Shown: positions 24,376 to 37,570 of the stretch, piece by piece
How the letters are laid out: each line of letters opens with the position of its first letter
Position numbering within the stretch: the stretch's first letter is position 1
Assembly (NCBI GenBank): GCA_951804945.1
Contig: OX638153.1
Span: 76,570,001 to 76,634,000, forward strand
Reading direction: 5' to 3'
DNA: 64,000 nucleotides
From: Podarcis cretensis
Taxonomy: Eukaryota
Made by a program: the position numbers and the translations under genes
Notes under the pieces: generated by a model
What the model was told of the DNA's origin: nothing
The model's input: only the letters and a program-made list of their open reading frames with translations
Database searches by the model: none

Positions 24376-26564
24376 CTGCAAGGAAAAGAGGGAATCCAGG
24401 GAGACTTTGCGTAAAGGACCAGGGTGGGGAAAGGTGCGGGTGTGCGTGTTTTATTGGGGTGGCGTGTCTGCAGGTCACAGGTTATTGAGCGATGAGCTCT
24501 GTGTCGCCCTCGCCCCACCTCGCTTTCCCAGCAGTGGCCGTGGAGCCAAACCCAGCAGAAGCGCCTAGCAGCACTGTATGTGAAGAGGATTACAAGGGTG
24601 TGAGGAGAGATCTCTAAAGCTGTGGGGTCTTCTGAAATGACAAAGGGGGGAAGCTTCGTGTGTGAGTTTGTGTGTTCATTTCTATCAATGCTTGCCTTCC
24701 AGTGGAAGGGTGGAAATGTTCCAGGCCTTGGATGAAGGGCCTGAGGCGAGGAGATGGGACAAGGCTTTCTCTTCCCTAGGCTCCTCTTTTCCTTACCGTG
24801 TCCGTATGGACACATATTTCCCATCTCACAAATGCCCCTCCAAGCTCTCTCACCTGACAACCCCTTTACTTCAGAGATGGCTACATAACCTAGGTTAGGA
24901 TCTGAAACCCCAGAACCTACGGATTCGTGGCCTTGTGGTGCATAGCTTCTTACTAGTCTCGGGCACTCCCACATAAACAACTCCACATGCTGCAAGGCGC
25001 CTTCTTCTTGCGCGCGCACACAGAGTCGCACAAGAGCTCACATTTGACCTTGCCAATAGGCTTTGGAGGAAAGTGGGATTGCAAAGTAGGCTTTGGAGGA
25101 ACCGATGAGCAAATATCAGCAGCCTGCTCATTAAAACCATCGTTTAGATACCACGGTTGAACCAGTGTTGCACAGGTTTAGAAATATANNNNNNNNNNNN
25201 NNNNNNNNNNNNNNNNNNNNNNNNNNNNNNNNNNNNNNNNNNNNNNNNNNNNNNNNNNNNNNNNNNNNNNNNNNNNNNNNNNNNNNNNNNNNNNNNNNNN
25301 NNNNNNNNNNNNNNNNNNNNNNNNNNNNNNNNNNNNNNNNNNNNNNNNNNNNNNNNNNNNNNNNNNNNNNNNNNNNNNNNNNNNNNNNNNNNNNNNNNNN
25401 NNNNNNNNNNNNNNNNNNNNNNNNNNNNNNNNNNNNNNNNNNNNNNNNNNNNNNNNNNNNNNNNNNNNNNNNNNNNNNNNNNNNNNNNNNNNNNNNNNNN
25501 NNNNNNNATTCATATGGAAATAACTAAAATAATACATAAGTTAACCTAAAGGCAGTTCTGGTAGTTTCTGGAGAATAATCTACGATAGAGTATCTTTCCA
25601 CTACATATCCTTGGTATAGATTAATAGAAGGATCTCAGTAGCATTCTGCTCGGAAAGCCAACGCCTTACTGAGTAGGCCAAGATTTCATTTCGCTATCAA
25701 GGAAAATCTGCAGAAACTAACAGACAGGGACATATTTAGCAGCGGAGAGAAAGAAAAACAACGACGCAGTCCATAGTGCATTGTCCATGGGAGAACTCAT
25801 TGATCTGGCTAGATGATATGCATTGGAAACATATTAAACACCATATGCAGGATGAGATATTGGAAAGGTGAGGAGGGGTGAGAGACGGAAGGAAGCCAGA
25901 TTCCCCAGGAAATCTACTGGAGATAGTCTGTACACCAAATGCTGCATGGGCGATTTTTCACCGATAAAGGAAAACACGTTGAAGCCACGTGCTTTGATGT
26001 CTCTACGGGGCACGGATGCCTTATTCTGAAAAACCAACAGACAGAGACGCTTGCGTACGAAAGTCGGGCAAAAATGATATAACGCATATTTGACAGGGAT
26101 GGGAAATGAAGGTCAGGATACTATGTGTTTCTTAGAGGCAAATGTTGCCAAAATAGCAGGGTAAGTGCATATGTGTGTTAGTGTGTGTTTGTTTGTGTAG
26201 CATTTTTAAAACATGAGTTCCTTAATGAGGCCATGTTGTATATTCAGACTTCAGCACAAAACATTTTTTTTTAATTAAAAAAAGCTGTGTCTACTGAATA
26301 TGCTAAGGCTAAAGCGTTCTTTAAGAAATGTTGGTGGGGAGCTAAGCAACTGCTACTCCTCCCCTACAAAAGCATTCTCTGTCGGTGTAATGATTCAGGG
26401 AAATCCGCCGTGCTGAACGGCTAGTTATTGCAAGGAGTAAAATATGGTTCCACATTTTAAAGAATATCGGTAGCAAATACCAATATTGGTTTCAGGCCTG
26501 CGAGAAAACGACGTTTTTAGCAGGCCAGGCATGACAAGTGAGGCTCCGTGTGTACCTGCATCGG

Positions 26565-26635
26565 AAGGTATTTACTCATTTTGCTTTGTTTTGGTATTTA
26601 CTCGTAAGGTATTTACTCATTTTGCTTTGTTTTGG
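26565..26635. repeat. Local 30-bp direct duplication (period 41)
   Basis: aaggtatttactcattttgctttgttttgg occurs at 26565-26594 and 26606-26635. Confidence 0.9.
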
Positions 26636-27193
26636 CGGGGAGAGAAAAGAAAAGGAAGGTCATCTGTATATTTTGACGGCTCTTTGAGTATTTTAATTAT
26701 AGTTCCTTGTAAAGAAACAGTTTGACCTTCCGCTACTCAGCTGAAATAACAAATCACGAGGATTGGTGTAGCACAGGCAAGCAGTAAGTTAGGAGGCCCT
26801 GGGGAGAGGCCCCGTCATAAACCCAGCGATCGGGCGGAGTGAGTTACATCGTGGTATAAGACCGGTCTTGTTTCTCGCGAGCAGCAACAAAATAAATAAA
26901 TAAATAAAAATGGCCAGCTTCTTTTACGCCCCCACCTTCCACACCTCGGCATCTTGGCAGAGGTAAATAAAAGCCCCGGCCACAAGAAATGATTGCATAA
27001 GGGGGCTCTTCCTTGTCGGCTGCAGCGCATTATCTGTGAATGGTTTCAGGCCTAGGGTTAATGTTAGAGTTCCGCGTTAAAAGGATAGGATTCCGTGCGC
27101 GTAAATATGCATCGGTCAAAAGGAAAGTGTGTTTGGGGGTGGAGAGAGGAGAGGAAGAGAGGAAGCGAGGACTGAGGATGGATGGGGGCAAGG

Positions 27194-27229
<36 letters not shown>

Positions 27230-28430
27230 GCGAGTCGACACCGCCATTTTCTACCCACACTTGTAGCTCTCACAGGACTCGCTGTGGAGAGCAATACGTA
27301 CAGCTTGGAGATTTTAGCATAATCCTCCCAACTCTGGGACTGGATTAAAGTATTTGCAAAATTCTCGAGGGGGAGGGGAGGAGGGATATTGAGCTTGCCA
27401 GCGCCAGCACTATAAATTACAAGTTAAAACATACCTCTCTTACTGCGGCCTAAACACCACCTTGGTCACAATTGTCCCTTGGCCACTTCTGATGGTAAGG
27501 AAGTGATTTTTGCTTTCCTTCTTTTGATACCTGTGTTACGTTATTGTGAATTAAGTTCGTCCTCCCTCCCTCTCTCTCATCTCCAGAAACCCATTCCTGT
27601 CTGCCCAGGCTCAGGGAAACGCAACGTCATTAATATTTGAGAAGGCAATTATTTTCTCGTTTAAATCTAGAACTGTCTTCATGAATAATTTGCAGGAAGT
27701 TCTATTGCCATTTCAGAAACATTTGGGTTTGAGAATTTAGGGCGGGGTGGGTCAATCGAAAACGCTGCATTGTAATAAGGCCTAAAGATTCCACCTCCAC
27801 CTCTCCCTCTCTCCACCCCAAGCCTAGCCCACCACCACTGCAAAAATAAATTAATTAAGCAGGGAAGTTCAAGCGAAACGACTACATAATGTAGTACATT
27901 TTGAATGCTGAACTCCAAGCCCGCACCCTTCCCAGGCACTCAACTGGTTGCACTGATGTAGGTCAAATTTACCAAGAATCCGACCATTTTCTGCTTCATA
28001 GACTTCAAAGGAGAAGGCGGCTAAAGGGCAGTAAAAGTTTGTTTACTTAAGAAAAACACTGTAATTAAGGGATGAACTGTGCTCTTCAGTGCTTTCCTAC
28101 CTAACACGAAGATGCCTTGGTGTCATTCGCATTATTAATATTTTAAATAAAATAAGTAACAAAATATTCTCCACCAAAAGCACAGCTTTATTTTAAACGT
28201 AGTTTTTGGAGGGGGGGAGGGGACTAACCTAACCGTACTACAGTTAAGGCTACGACATTTTAGAACTGCAGAAAGAGAGAGAGAGAGAGAGTCGTTGGGT
28301 TGTAAGGATATCTTACAATAGGATTATGTCGTTTTCCTGGGAGTTTATAAGGCTGTGGAGTGTGTATGCAAAAAAAACTGCACAGTGGAACGGATTTAAT
28401 TTTCCAAAAGGGCTTATTTATTATCTTCTG

Positions 28431-28488
<58 letters not shown>
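28431..28488. repeat. Compound (GT)n(GA)n microsatellite in the ZIC4 intron
   Basis: Read directly. Confidence 0.95.
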
Positions 28489-28491
<3 letters not shown>

Positions 28492-29376
28492 TCAGATAGG
28501 AAGGAGTGGAGTGAAGAAGGCAATAAAAAGCTAAGAAGACCGGCTGCTAAACTAACTCTACAACTTCACAGGCTGAATTTGGAAGTCTGAAAACTTTATA
28601 CCGCTAGTTTCATTCATTCACCACAGATGCTTCTGTGAATTCCGAGGTCAAAGAGGGTGTTGGCAAGGTCTTCCCCTTCAAATAACTTTCCTTCCTGTGT
28701 TAACTAGAAATTGTTCCTATTTCTGACAAAATATTCCTTCATAATTCTGGCCAATGACCGTTCAAATGGAACAGGCTAGGTAGACAAAATTAACTCCAAA
28801 CACACACCACTACTCCCCTCTTTCCTTCCCAGGTTCCAAAAGAGCACCTTCCCATATTTCAATCTCCGTAGCAGTTTAAGAAGGAAAAGGCTCTTACGAA
28901 GACTTGGGATGAAACATCGCAGGGTTCCTCGTACAAAACAAAAAGAGGGGACCTTGCAGCTGTGCTTTTCTCACAAGGAAGGCGGCAGAAGCAGCATCCC
29001 AGCAGCATCACTCAAAACTGCCTAGACAAGTTGCAACTTCCATTGTTCGCTCCTAATTTGCGAGCTTGCATCAAGATTGGATGCTTTTCCGTCTCTATAG
29101 GGCTTTTTAACTCTCCCCTCTCCAGGAAATCCCGATCTAAATCATGGAAGACCCTTCTTGCATAAGCACATACACATACACGTCAGCATTATGCATCCAC
29201 ACAAGCCTCAATTCTTCAAACGAAAGACAACAATCAAAACAAACTATTGATCCGGTCTTCATTGGCTAGTATTAATTCTATGTAAAATTATAGCGGGCGG
29301 GGGTGGGGTGGGGAGATCGCACATGCAGCAGATAGTTGAACAAAACACGAATGAAGAAAGACCTTTCCATACTGAC

Positions 29377-30571
29377 CTGTGTGCGTCCTTTTGTGGATTT
29401 TGAGATTTTCCGAGCGAGCGAAGACTTTCCCGCATCCCGGGAAAGGACAAGGGAAAGGTTTCTCCCCCGTGTGGACTCGGATGTGGTTGACCAGTTTGTA
29501 TTTGGCCTTGAAAGGCTTCCCTTCCCTGGGACACTCTTCCCAGAAGCAAATGTGGTTGGACTGCTCCGGCCCTCCAACGTGCTCCACGGTGACGTGAGTC
29601 ACCAGCTCGTGCATGGTGCTGAAAGTTTTCGAGCATAATTTTTTGGGAGTCTGGTCCAGTTCGATCCACTTGCAGATGAGCTCCTGCTTGATGGGCTGCC
29701 TCATGTAGCGGAAGAAAGCCCCAGGGCCGTGGTGTGGAGCTAAATTCACGTTCAGGTTCATGCCACCGTAGCCGTGGAAGGAGGAAGCAGCAAAAGGATC
29801 TGTCCTGGAGACTGGTACTGGCGTGAAAGGTTCAGACCTGGCATACATTTCTCCAGGTAGCCCCAGCCTTATCTGTCCGTTTAGATGGCCACCTGGAGCT
29901 GCATGGGGATGTTGCTCATGGTGGAGTCCAGTAAAAAGCGAGGGAGTTCCGGCTTCTGAGTGGTGGTGGTGGTGGTGGAGGTGGTGGTGGTGGTGAGCAT
30001 GGTGTCCGGGGTAGCTACCTGTTGTTGAGACAAACATTCCATGGTGAGAACCTGTAGCAGCAGAGTGTTGATAAGGGAGCCCTGGCATGACTGGGGCTGT
30101 CAGATCTCTGCGCAGGAAGAATTCCCTACCTGATGAAAGAGCATGACTTGGGTGAGGGACTGCGTAAGGGACTGTTGTTGACTGCGCTGGGCCAAATGCT
30201 CCTGCTGGACTGGGTACCACCTCGGCTTGGCCTGTCACAGGATGGTGGGGATGAGGCTGAGGGGCAGGGCTGAGCTTAAGGGCCGCTGAGTGATGAGGAG
30301 GATGAGAGTGGTGGCGGTGGTGATGATGATGATGATGGAGAGGATGGTGGTGGTGCCCCATGTGTTCTGACCGGAATGGACTCAGCCCGAGGCGGCTTTC
30401 TGCAGCGTACTCCCCAGGGTGCGTGGGAACCATGGAGTGGGGATGCCCGGCGAAGCCTGTCATGCTCTGAGGGGAGTGGTGATGGTGGCGGTGATGACGA
30501 TGACGAGGAGCCCCTGCCAAGCCTAGTAACTTCAGCGCCGTGTTCCGTTTGGAGAGTGAAGCAGAGTCCAT
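29377..30571 (-). CDS. ZIC4: ZIC4 large coding exon (long His-rich N-terminus, ZF-NC, zinc fingers 1-3)
   Basis: [13 protein letters not shown]...[20 protein letters not shown]...[37 protein letters not shown]...HKRTHT. Phase-1 donor ACAG|GTCAGT at 29377/29376. Head-to-head with ZIC1, as in the known ZIC1-ZIC4 pair. Confidence 0.95.
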
Positions 30572-30939
30572 TACTGGGCTCCCCCAAAGCCTCCAAGCTC
30601 TCCTGGTTCTACTACAATTCTAAAAAGTCACCTGACGCCGAGGAGGGGGGAGCGAGGGAGAAAGAGGAAGAGGGAAAGAGCGGTGGAAAAACTTTTTTGA
30701 AAGTCCCCCGCCCCACCCGCAAAGAAAAAAAGGTTTTCCCCTCCCTCTCTCTTGGTCTGGACTATTTGGCTTTGTTTTGTTTTTGCTCCCTGCTCCCCCC
30801 CCTTCCCCTTTCTTTTCTCCCCCTCCTCTTCCATTATTTTGTGTGTGTGTGTTTTTCCTCCTTCCTTTTTTTTTTAATGCCTACGTGGAATCCCATACGC
30901 TTTGAGAAGCAGCAGCAGGACGCTGGGAGGCTACTGAAT

Positions 30940-31120
30940 AGCGCTTCACAGACTAGGCTCCAACCCAGAGAGCTAAACAATCAGGGCGGTCGCTGATTGG
31001 CCGAAGCTGCCTGACCGAAGTCAGCGCTGACAGGTCCCCGCTGAAGTCTGAAAAGATTTAGGAAGGGGTAAAGGGGCGGGGAGGGAGGAAGAGGACTCGG
31101 GAAGCAGTGCGCCTGCGCTG
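30940..31120 (-). promoter_or_regulatory. Proximal promoter of the long ZIC4 form
   Basis: GGCCAATCAG on the - strand (about 30993-31002) next to a GC box (GGGCGG 30984-30989), in CpG-rich DNA about 400 bp upstream of the ATG at 30571. Confidence 0.55.
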
Positions 31121-31639
31121 CGTTTGTGGCTAATCTCCCCCCCCTCCAAAAGCTCCTTCCCTTTCTCCCCCTCCTCTTCCCCCTTTGCCCCCCTCCCTCT
31201 CTAGCCCTAACCAGTGCGCCGAGCTTGTCCGGTGTTTGCATTTACTCCCCGCATTTTGTTTTTATCTGCGTTTAACTGATTAAGGGCCGCTGGAACCGTC
31301 TTCCCCAGACGAAACGAGGGGTCCTCCGAGTCGTTTACGCGCTAATGAGCAGTGGTTGCCAAAGGAGGAACAAGGCCTTGAGCAAGCGGCGGCAGCAGCT
31401 CCTGGGAGCGCCTGGGAGGCGAGGCTGGCCGGCGGGTGGCTGTTGCTTTCTCCCCACCCCTTCCAAAGACGCTTTGGTTGTCCCCGATCATCTGCTTAGA
31501 AGAGCCAGGCGCTTGGAGGTATCCTGGGTGATCTCCTGACTCCTGCATGGCTTGGATCGTGGCTCAAGCCCCTTCTGCTTTCTGTTCTCCTGCTAACCAT
31601 TTACTTTTACACACACACGTTCTTCTTCCACACCCAGCC

Positions 31640-31780
31640 CTGTCTCTCTTTCTCACTTAGCCTCATAATGAGCAGACGATTTAATGGAAAGCTCAGATCG
31701 GTGTCTGCTTCGGGGCGGACTGCCTGATTGGCCACCGAGCAGCTCATTGTGGACTAACCAAAGTGCAATTCTCAACACCC
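31640..31780 (-). promoter_or_regulatory. Second CCAAT + GC-box module upstream of ZIC4
   Basis: GGCCAATCAG on the - strand at 31733-31724 with GGGGCGG at 31712-31718, in the same order and orientation as the module at about 31.0 kb. Confidence 0.4.
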
Positions 31781-34700
31781 TTCCAGTTTCCTTCCTGCAA
31801 GAGCAACAACAAAGATGGAGAAGGGGCGGGAGGGAAGGAAGGTAGCACACATCACACAGGGACTTTCACAAAACTTCCGCTCTCGAGGGACAGGGGAGCG
31901 GCGGGGGGGGGGGGGGCAAACACGGCTAGGCCAAGCCACCGCAGAAATCAGCAGGGAAGGAGGTAGGGAGGAGAGAGACTGCCCGGAGAAGGTCTGCCGA
32001 GACGTAGCAAGCTCTCCTCCGTCCCCTTTCCCTGCCCTCACAATCGCCCAGATTATGAATGAATCCGAAAGACAGGACACGCGCGGGGCTTTCTGAGACC
32101 GCCTCATAAATTCCTTTGCCTACGACCCACCATTGTAGGAAGTAGAGAAGCGCGCAGGTTTGTTACCAAGCCTGTTTTGGGCCAGGAGCAAAAGTCTAGA
32201 TTTTTTTTTTTAAGCAATACAGCGATGGTGGTGGACCCCAAACCCCGGACCAGGCAAGATGCTTTCGAGGGATCCAATCCTACACACACACAACCTCCAC
32301 CCTCGCTTCCTAACCGCCAGCCCAACCGCGCCATCAATTTGACTGCTGATTATTTATAGCACAGACAAATCTCCGGGACTCCCGTCCCCAACAGAAATGG
32401 GCACAATGTGGAAGAGACAGGCTTTGCATACAGAAGTCGTCCTGGGAAGCGGAGCTGGGCAGCTAGGTATTTAGATTTCTGACACTTGTTGGCGGCCCAG
32501 AGAACCAGGCCTTTAAAACAACAACAACAAAGGCTAAAGCTCTGCCACATCTTTCATTTCCCACGATTACACGATATTTATGTAACCCTCCCTTTAAAAG
32601 TAATACAAAAAAGTAATACCTAATACCTGCAATTAACTGGCGCATATAACCCAATCCAAATGTTGCAAATCATTTCATCGTGTTGAATCCCTTTGCCTCT
32701 CCCTGTCAAACGCAATCGCCCACATTCATTTATAAGGAGCAATTAAAAGATCAAGTCAATTTAAAAAGCAACCTGTAGATTAGTAGATAAATCTATCGGA
32801 CGTTATGAGGCTCACATTTGCTCATTGTCAAAAGGAAAATAAACCGATTGCAAGTGTACTGTATCCGTGATGAAAATACAAGTATAGGGTTTATTATTTT
32901 TACCCCCACCAAAAAAAAAAAGTCATTGAGAGCCCTTCCAATGAATGCTGGAACCCGATATTACTGAATTCAGGTAATTCTGTTCTCCTCCATTTAGTGG
33001 GATAATATCAAAATTCGGCCTTGAACTCTGGACCTAAACTCCTAAACGTAAAAGTTACTTTAAGTACACCCACTTTCTGCAGAAGGGCAGCTTTCAATTT
33101 TACTTAAAATCCAGTAAGAAACACGGCAATTTTGAGAATGTTTCCCCCCATTGAACAAGCAGCATTTTTTTACTTTTAAATGACATCCGGCGAAAAGAGC
33201 CCTTTATTTTTATTTCATTTTTAAAAACTGAACCATTTGGGCAAAAGTAAAATGCAAAATCAACACGTACTTTTAAAAATAATACTGTATTCTTTTCCGC
33301 TTTGTGTCCCGTGTTAATAGCAGCACAAGTGATGTCCTGAAACCGAAAGCCGCTCTTAAGTTACTTGTGGTAATGCCCTGAGTATTAGTGAGGTCAGTGT
33401 TATTAAAGATGCAATCACAACACTCACTTGAGAGTAATCCCAACTGAATTCAGTGGAAGTTCCGAGGAAACATGCATAGGATGGGCTTTAACTCATTTCA
33501 GATGCAAGACTATGTGATGAATTAAAAGTGCCCCCCCCCCCAAGGAAGTCACATATTAAAGGAGAATAACATCATTTCTCGGGATACAGAACTTCAGTTT
33601 CAAGAGTAAATATTTCTTTCTCTCATCATCCCAAAATTTACATCCTGTCATACAGTAAATAAACTATCTGAAGCCGCACTGAACACTTACAGCTTTTCCA
33701 CCACTATCCCCTTCCCCCCAAAAATATTTGAACTTTTTGTTTTTATTTTTTAAAAGCAACGTTTAGCTATACTGTGAAAACAGTTGCCAGTCACTGCATT
33801 TTAGAAAAATCACCCCGGAGACAGACCTTAGCAAACATCAAAACAATTTCTTGGGATATTCTAAAGTTGCTAGCTAAATGTTGTTTTTGTATGCTTGGGA
33901 ACAACAATTCCCGACTCAAGCAATTGCCAGTCAAATTTACGTAAAGCAGAAAATAGGAGCCTGCCTCCTATAAAATATTTTTGAATTGCTAAATCGTGGA
34001 ATATTGCGTTCAAGATGTACGACATGCATAAATAATTATCTAAGAAGCATCTCATTACATTTTATACCATAGCGGGAGTTATATTCTTGTTTTTGACCAT
34101 TTTTGTACAGATCACAATACTGAGGATAAAATAAAAGGCAGCTAAATCGGTATTTATTATTGTATGAATGTAACGCGCGCGCACACATTGATGCCCCGAG
34201 GACCTGAAAAGTTACACACGCTGTAATTAACTAGCTCTCCTTACGTAACATGTTTATGTAGACAACTTAACCCCCCCAGCAGTTCAAGACGACCTTCCCT
34301 TGCCAGTTTCTTTGCCCTAAGCCAAAAACATTTCGTATTTTCCCTTCCTCCTCCCTGACCATCTCCGAAGGAGATCACAGAAAGAAAGAAACGTTATCGG
34401 AAGCAGGACTCTGGAAGGCTGTTACTTACAAAGGTACTGAGAGTGTGACTTCCAAATAAAGCTGTTTTCCTCATCCCTCCTTACAACCACTTCACCTCTA
34501 CACTCTTGACATCCTTCAGTCCTGACAGTCCTCAGTCAAGGGAGAAAACATCTGGAACAGTTTATCAATATATATATGTTACTATCGGTTGGCTTAGGCC
34601 ATTCTAAAATATTGGCATGGCTTCTTGTCAAACGCTAATGGCTTTATCCGCTCTTACTTAAAACCCTGAGGTTCCTCACAGGGGTTTCCCCCCCTTGTTC

Positions 34701-34821
34701 CCCCCTCTGCTTGCATGAGTCCAATGGAAAAGAAATGGCCCATGGTGTCTCTCTCATTATATTAGGTGAAGTTAGTGCTCTCACTCCTAGCATTTGTTGT
34801 GTACCTTGGGAGACATATCTC

Positions 34822-34826
34822 TGTGC

Positions 34827-34857
<31 letters not shown>

Positions 34858-34864
34858 CGCGCAT
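34822..34864. repeat. (GT)n(GC)n alternating purine-pyrimidine tract
   Basis: tgtgcgtgtgtg...gcgcgcgcgcgcgcat, read directly. Confidence 0.9.
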
Positions 34865-37249
34865 AAAGGAGACAGAGCAGACAAGTGAGGGAGGGTGGTG
34901 ATGCAGATGGAGCTGTACACATGACCAGAAGGCGGGGGAAACAGAACTAGGAGGGCCTGAACAAAGTTGCAGAGTTATCCAGGAGACTTGCGTCTGCGAT
35001 GCAGCTCTTACCTGTCTAATGTGCACTTTTCTTTGTGGTTCCCTCAGTGTGTGCGCGCGCGCGCACGGTTCATTTAGTAGTTCATTTTGCCAGCAAAACA
35101 TGTTCTATATATTGAGTAGATAAAGCGACCAGAAGAGCAGAAGAGCTCACCCTTCCACAAATAAACAAATCGGGATGGCAGGGACTCCCCGCCTTATATT
35201 TTAAAACTGTCATGGCCCTCATGGACACATTCCAATTCTAATATAAATACTGGAGCTGAGGAACTTGATGACAAGGAGAGCTGCGCTTTGCAAGAATAAC
35301 GCCCAGCCCAGTTGTTAGCACGGCCACTAGCCAAAAGCAGAATCTAAACTCTCCAAAGGCAATAAGACTGTTTGGTTACTAGCTCCATTGGACTGCTGCT
35401 GCTGCTGCTGCTAATACTACTACTACTACTGCTGCTGCTGCTATTAGCTTCCCACCGGAGGACCGCAGCCGCATAAGGCGTGGAAGAGACAATTAGAAGT
35501 CCTTGCACGTTTGTCCACACAAAATGTTTTGCGGATCGCAGTTTCTCCCCCTACTGACTGCCCTGGACAATGCGGCCCAATTGTAAAGTATTGGCAAGAT
35601 GCCCTTTACTCACAGAGCCCAGTTAAGTCACCTATTGAAACGACTGGGACTATGTAAGCGGGTTTCAATGAGATTGCTGCGGCTTAAGTGTCTTGTGAAC
35701 TGGTTTGAGGATCCTAACAACTTGAACACCGTGGCCCAGTGGTTGTTTTTTTTTTTGGGGGGGGGGGAATCACAGACTTGCCCTGCCAGACAGTGGGTCG
35801 GAGAGAGATGAGTTTTGTTGAAGAAAAACCCTCTTATTACGCACACACAACCACATTGACAGCACCTACTAATAACCATTGAAAAGCTGAACAAATGACA
35901 ATTGACTTCTTCCGTTTCAGGTTTTGCTTATCATAGCCTAGGAAATAAATGCATACCAGAAAGTAGGCAGCAAAGCAGCCATTCTGCCCTCTGTCTCCCA
36001 CTGACACCAGCGACAATTATGTCTGCTTAAGTGTCGGCAGGATTGCCGCCCAATGGCGTGTTCTGTTGCTTCCAGTGACCTCAGCCACCAACTGGAAAAG
36101 ATGTGGTTAAGATTTCTGCATAAGAGAAACCACAGTATTATTTCTGTAGGCTGGAGATTCAGCAGAAATCTGTTGTGGGAAGGAGATTTACACTTTCCCC
36201 CCAAAATACCTTCTCGATCAGTTCCAAGGATCAAAAGCCTAAGAGTCTGAGGTGCTTTTTTCACTCTAAACCCAGATATAATCACATTTGTAGTTTATAT
36301 TATCTTTTATACGCTGGGAGTATTTTCTTTACCCCATCTCTTTAACATAGTTTATTAGGCTGTATCTGTTAGCAGAATCTGACCTTTAGCTTTTAGTTAA
36401 AACAGCCAGATTCTCTGGGCGACTGAGACCCCCAGAAACTTTTTTCGCGTTTTCTATGTCTGTCTCGCTGAAGGGTCATTGAATCAGTGTAGGGAAGTGG
36501 TGACCTTTCCGAAGAAGGTCTTCACTGCTTATGAAGAAGGAAAGTCTTGCGAATAAGGGATTTCTATGCAACTCTACCCCTTCCCACTTCAAAAATCGCC
36601 TGTAAACGCAAATCTTCAGGGTGCACTACGGACATTGTCGCCTTATTTCGAATAGCAGCGTAGGAATTCATAGGAAAAGGAACCGGCCCGATAAGAGGCT
36701 TCCTTAAGCTGAAATATACGGGTGCAAGACTTGTGTCGTGCACATGATTTCGAGGGAAACAATCCATTTAAAACCCAAGTTATCTGGGGGATTAACTGAG
36801 TTGTTGATGGGATGTAAGAGCATAATACAGGGGGAAGCCCGTGTTTCCTGATCACCTATTCAGCATTTAGGCAGCCGGGAGACTTAAGAAAAGGGAAGGA
36901 ATTCACCAAAATCAAGAAGAGCCACGTGGAAGGATTGGCGAAGAATCGCCGCAAGATAATGATGAGAATTAAACGTGAACCCTCCCTTTTATTCAGGAAT
37001 GTATTGGCTCAGAAAATATGACGGAAAATAAAGGAGAAATTCTGTATCTTTCCCCCCTTTTTATTATGCCCTGCTTTTTATTGCTGAAAACTAATGTCTA
37101 TTTGGGCTAAGCTGCAGGAAAGGATGACAAAGCAGGTAATAGGTAGAAGGTAACGACCAGTTGTGAAGATGGGATGGCTTCAAATCCTCTTCCTTCCACC
37201 AGTTCAGAACTTGAATTACTGAAGATCAACCCAATCAAATGTTTATTTC

Positions 37250-37570
37250 AAATGGAATACTTAATCTAGTGCCTCAGATTAAGGTATTCCTGTCAGATAA
37301 GATGTCAATCAATGCCCTACTTAACTCCTCGCATGGTGGAAGTTGGGTAGCCACCACATTGTGGAAAGCTGGTATACCGGGTAACGATGATACATATCAT
37401 GTAAACCCCATCGCCAAGATCAAAGCTTTCTTCTTTAATAGGATCCAATACATGTCAAACCTCATTCCAATCAAATTGCCCGTAAATTAATGCAAGATGA
37501 ATATGTCATAGAATAATGTGACAATGCAATCACAGAGGGTCAGGGGTTGTTGTTTCAATGAGAGAGTTGT
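37250..37570. promoter_or_regulatory. Candidate conserved intergenic/intronic enhancer
   Basis: Non-repetitive AT-rich block with a TCF/LEF consensus AGATCAAAG (about 37407), several TAAT, TGTCA and ACAAT motifs, next to the alternative ZIC4 exon. Confidence 0.35.

Noticed and set aside
24376-24478. N-terminal part of ORF 23924-24478, and the read-through tails of ORFs 29288-30571, 45058-46206 and 47115-47504
   Set aside because: These are intronic read-through beyond canonical splice sites, and homology stops at the splice junctions.
24249-25031. 260-aa minus-strand ORF in the ZIC4 intron
   Set aside because: No domain similarity, out of frame with the zinc-finger exon it overlaps, and no exon-like boundaries.
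29377-30571. Alternative identification as the ZIC2-ZIC5 pair
   Set aside because: The + gene has the ZIC1 N- and C-termini without the ZIC2 poly-Ala/His tracts. The - gene has ZIC4-type [14 protein letters not shown] and SPPPSSGY...VSPSSDCG segments.
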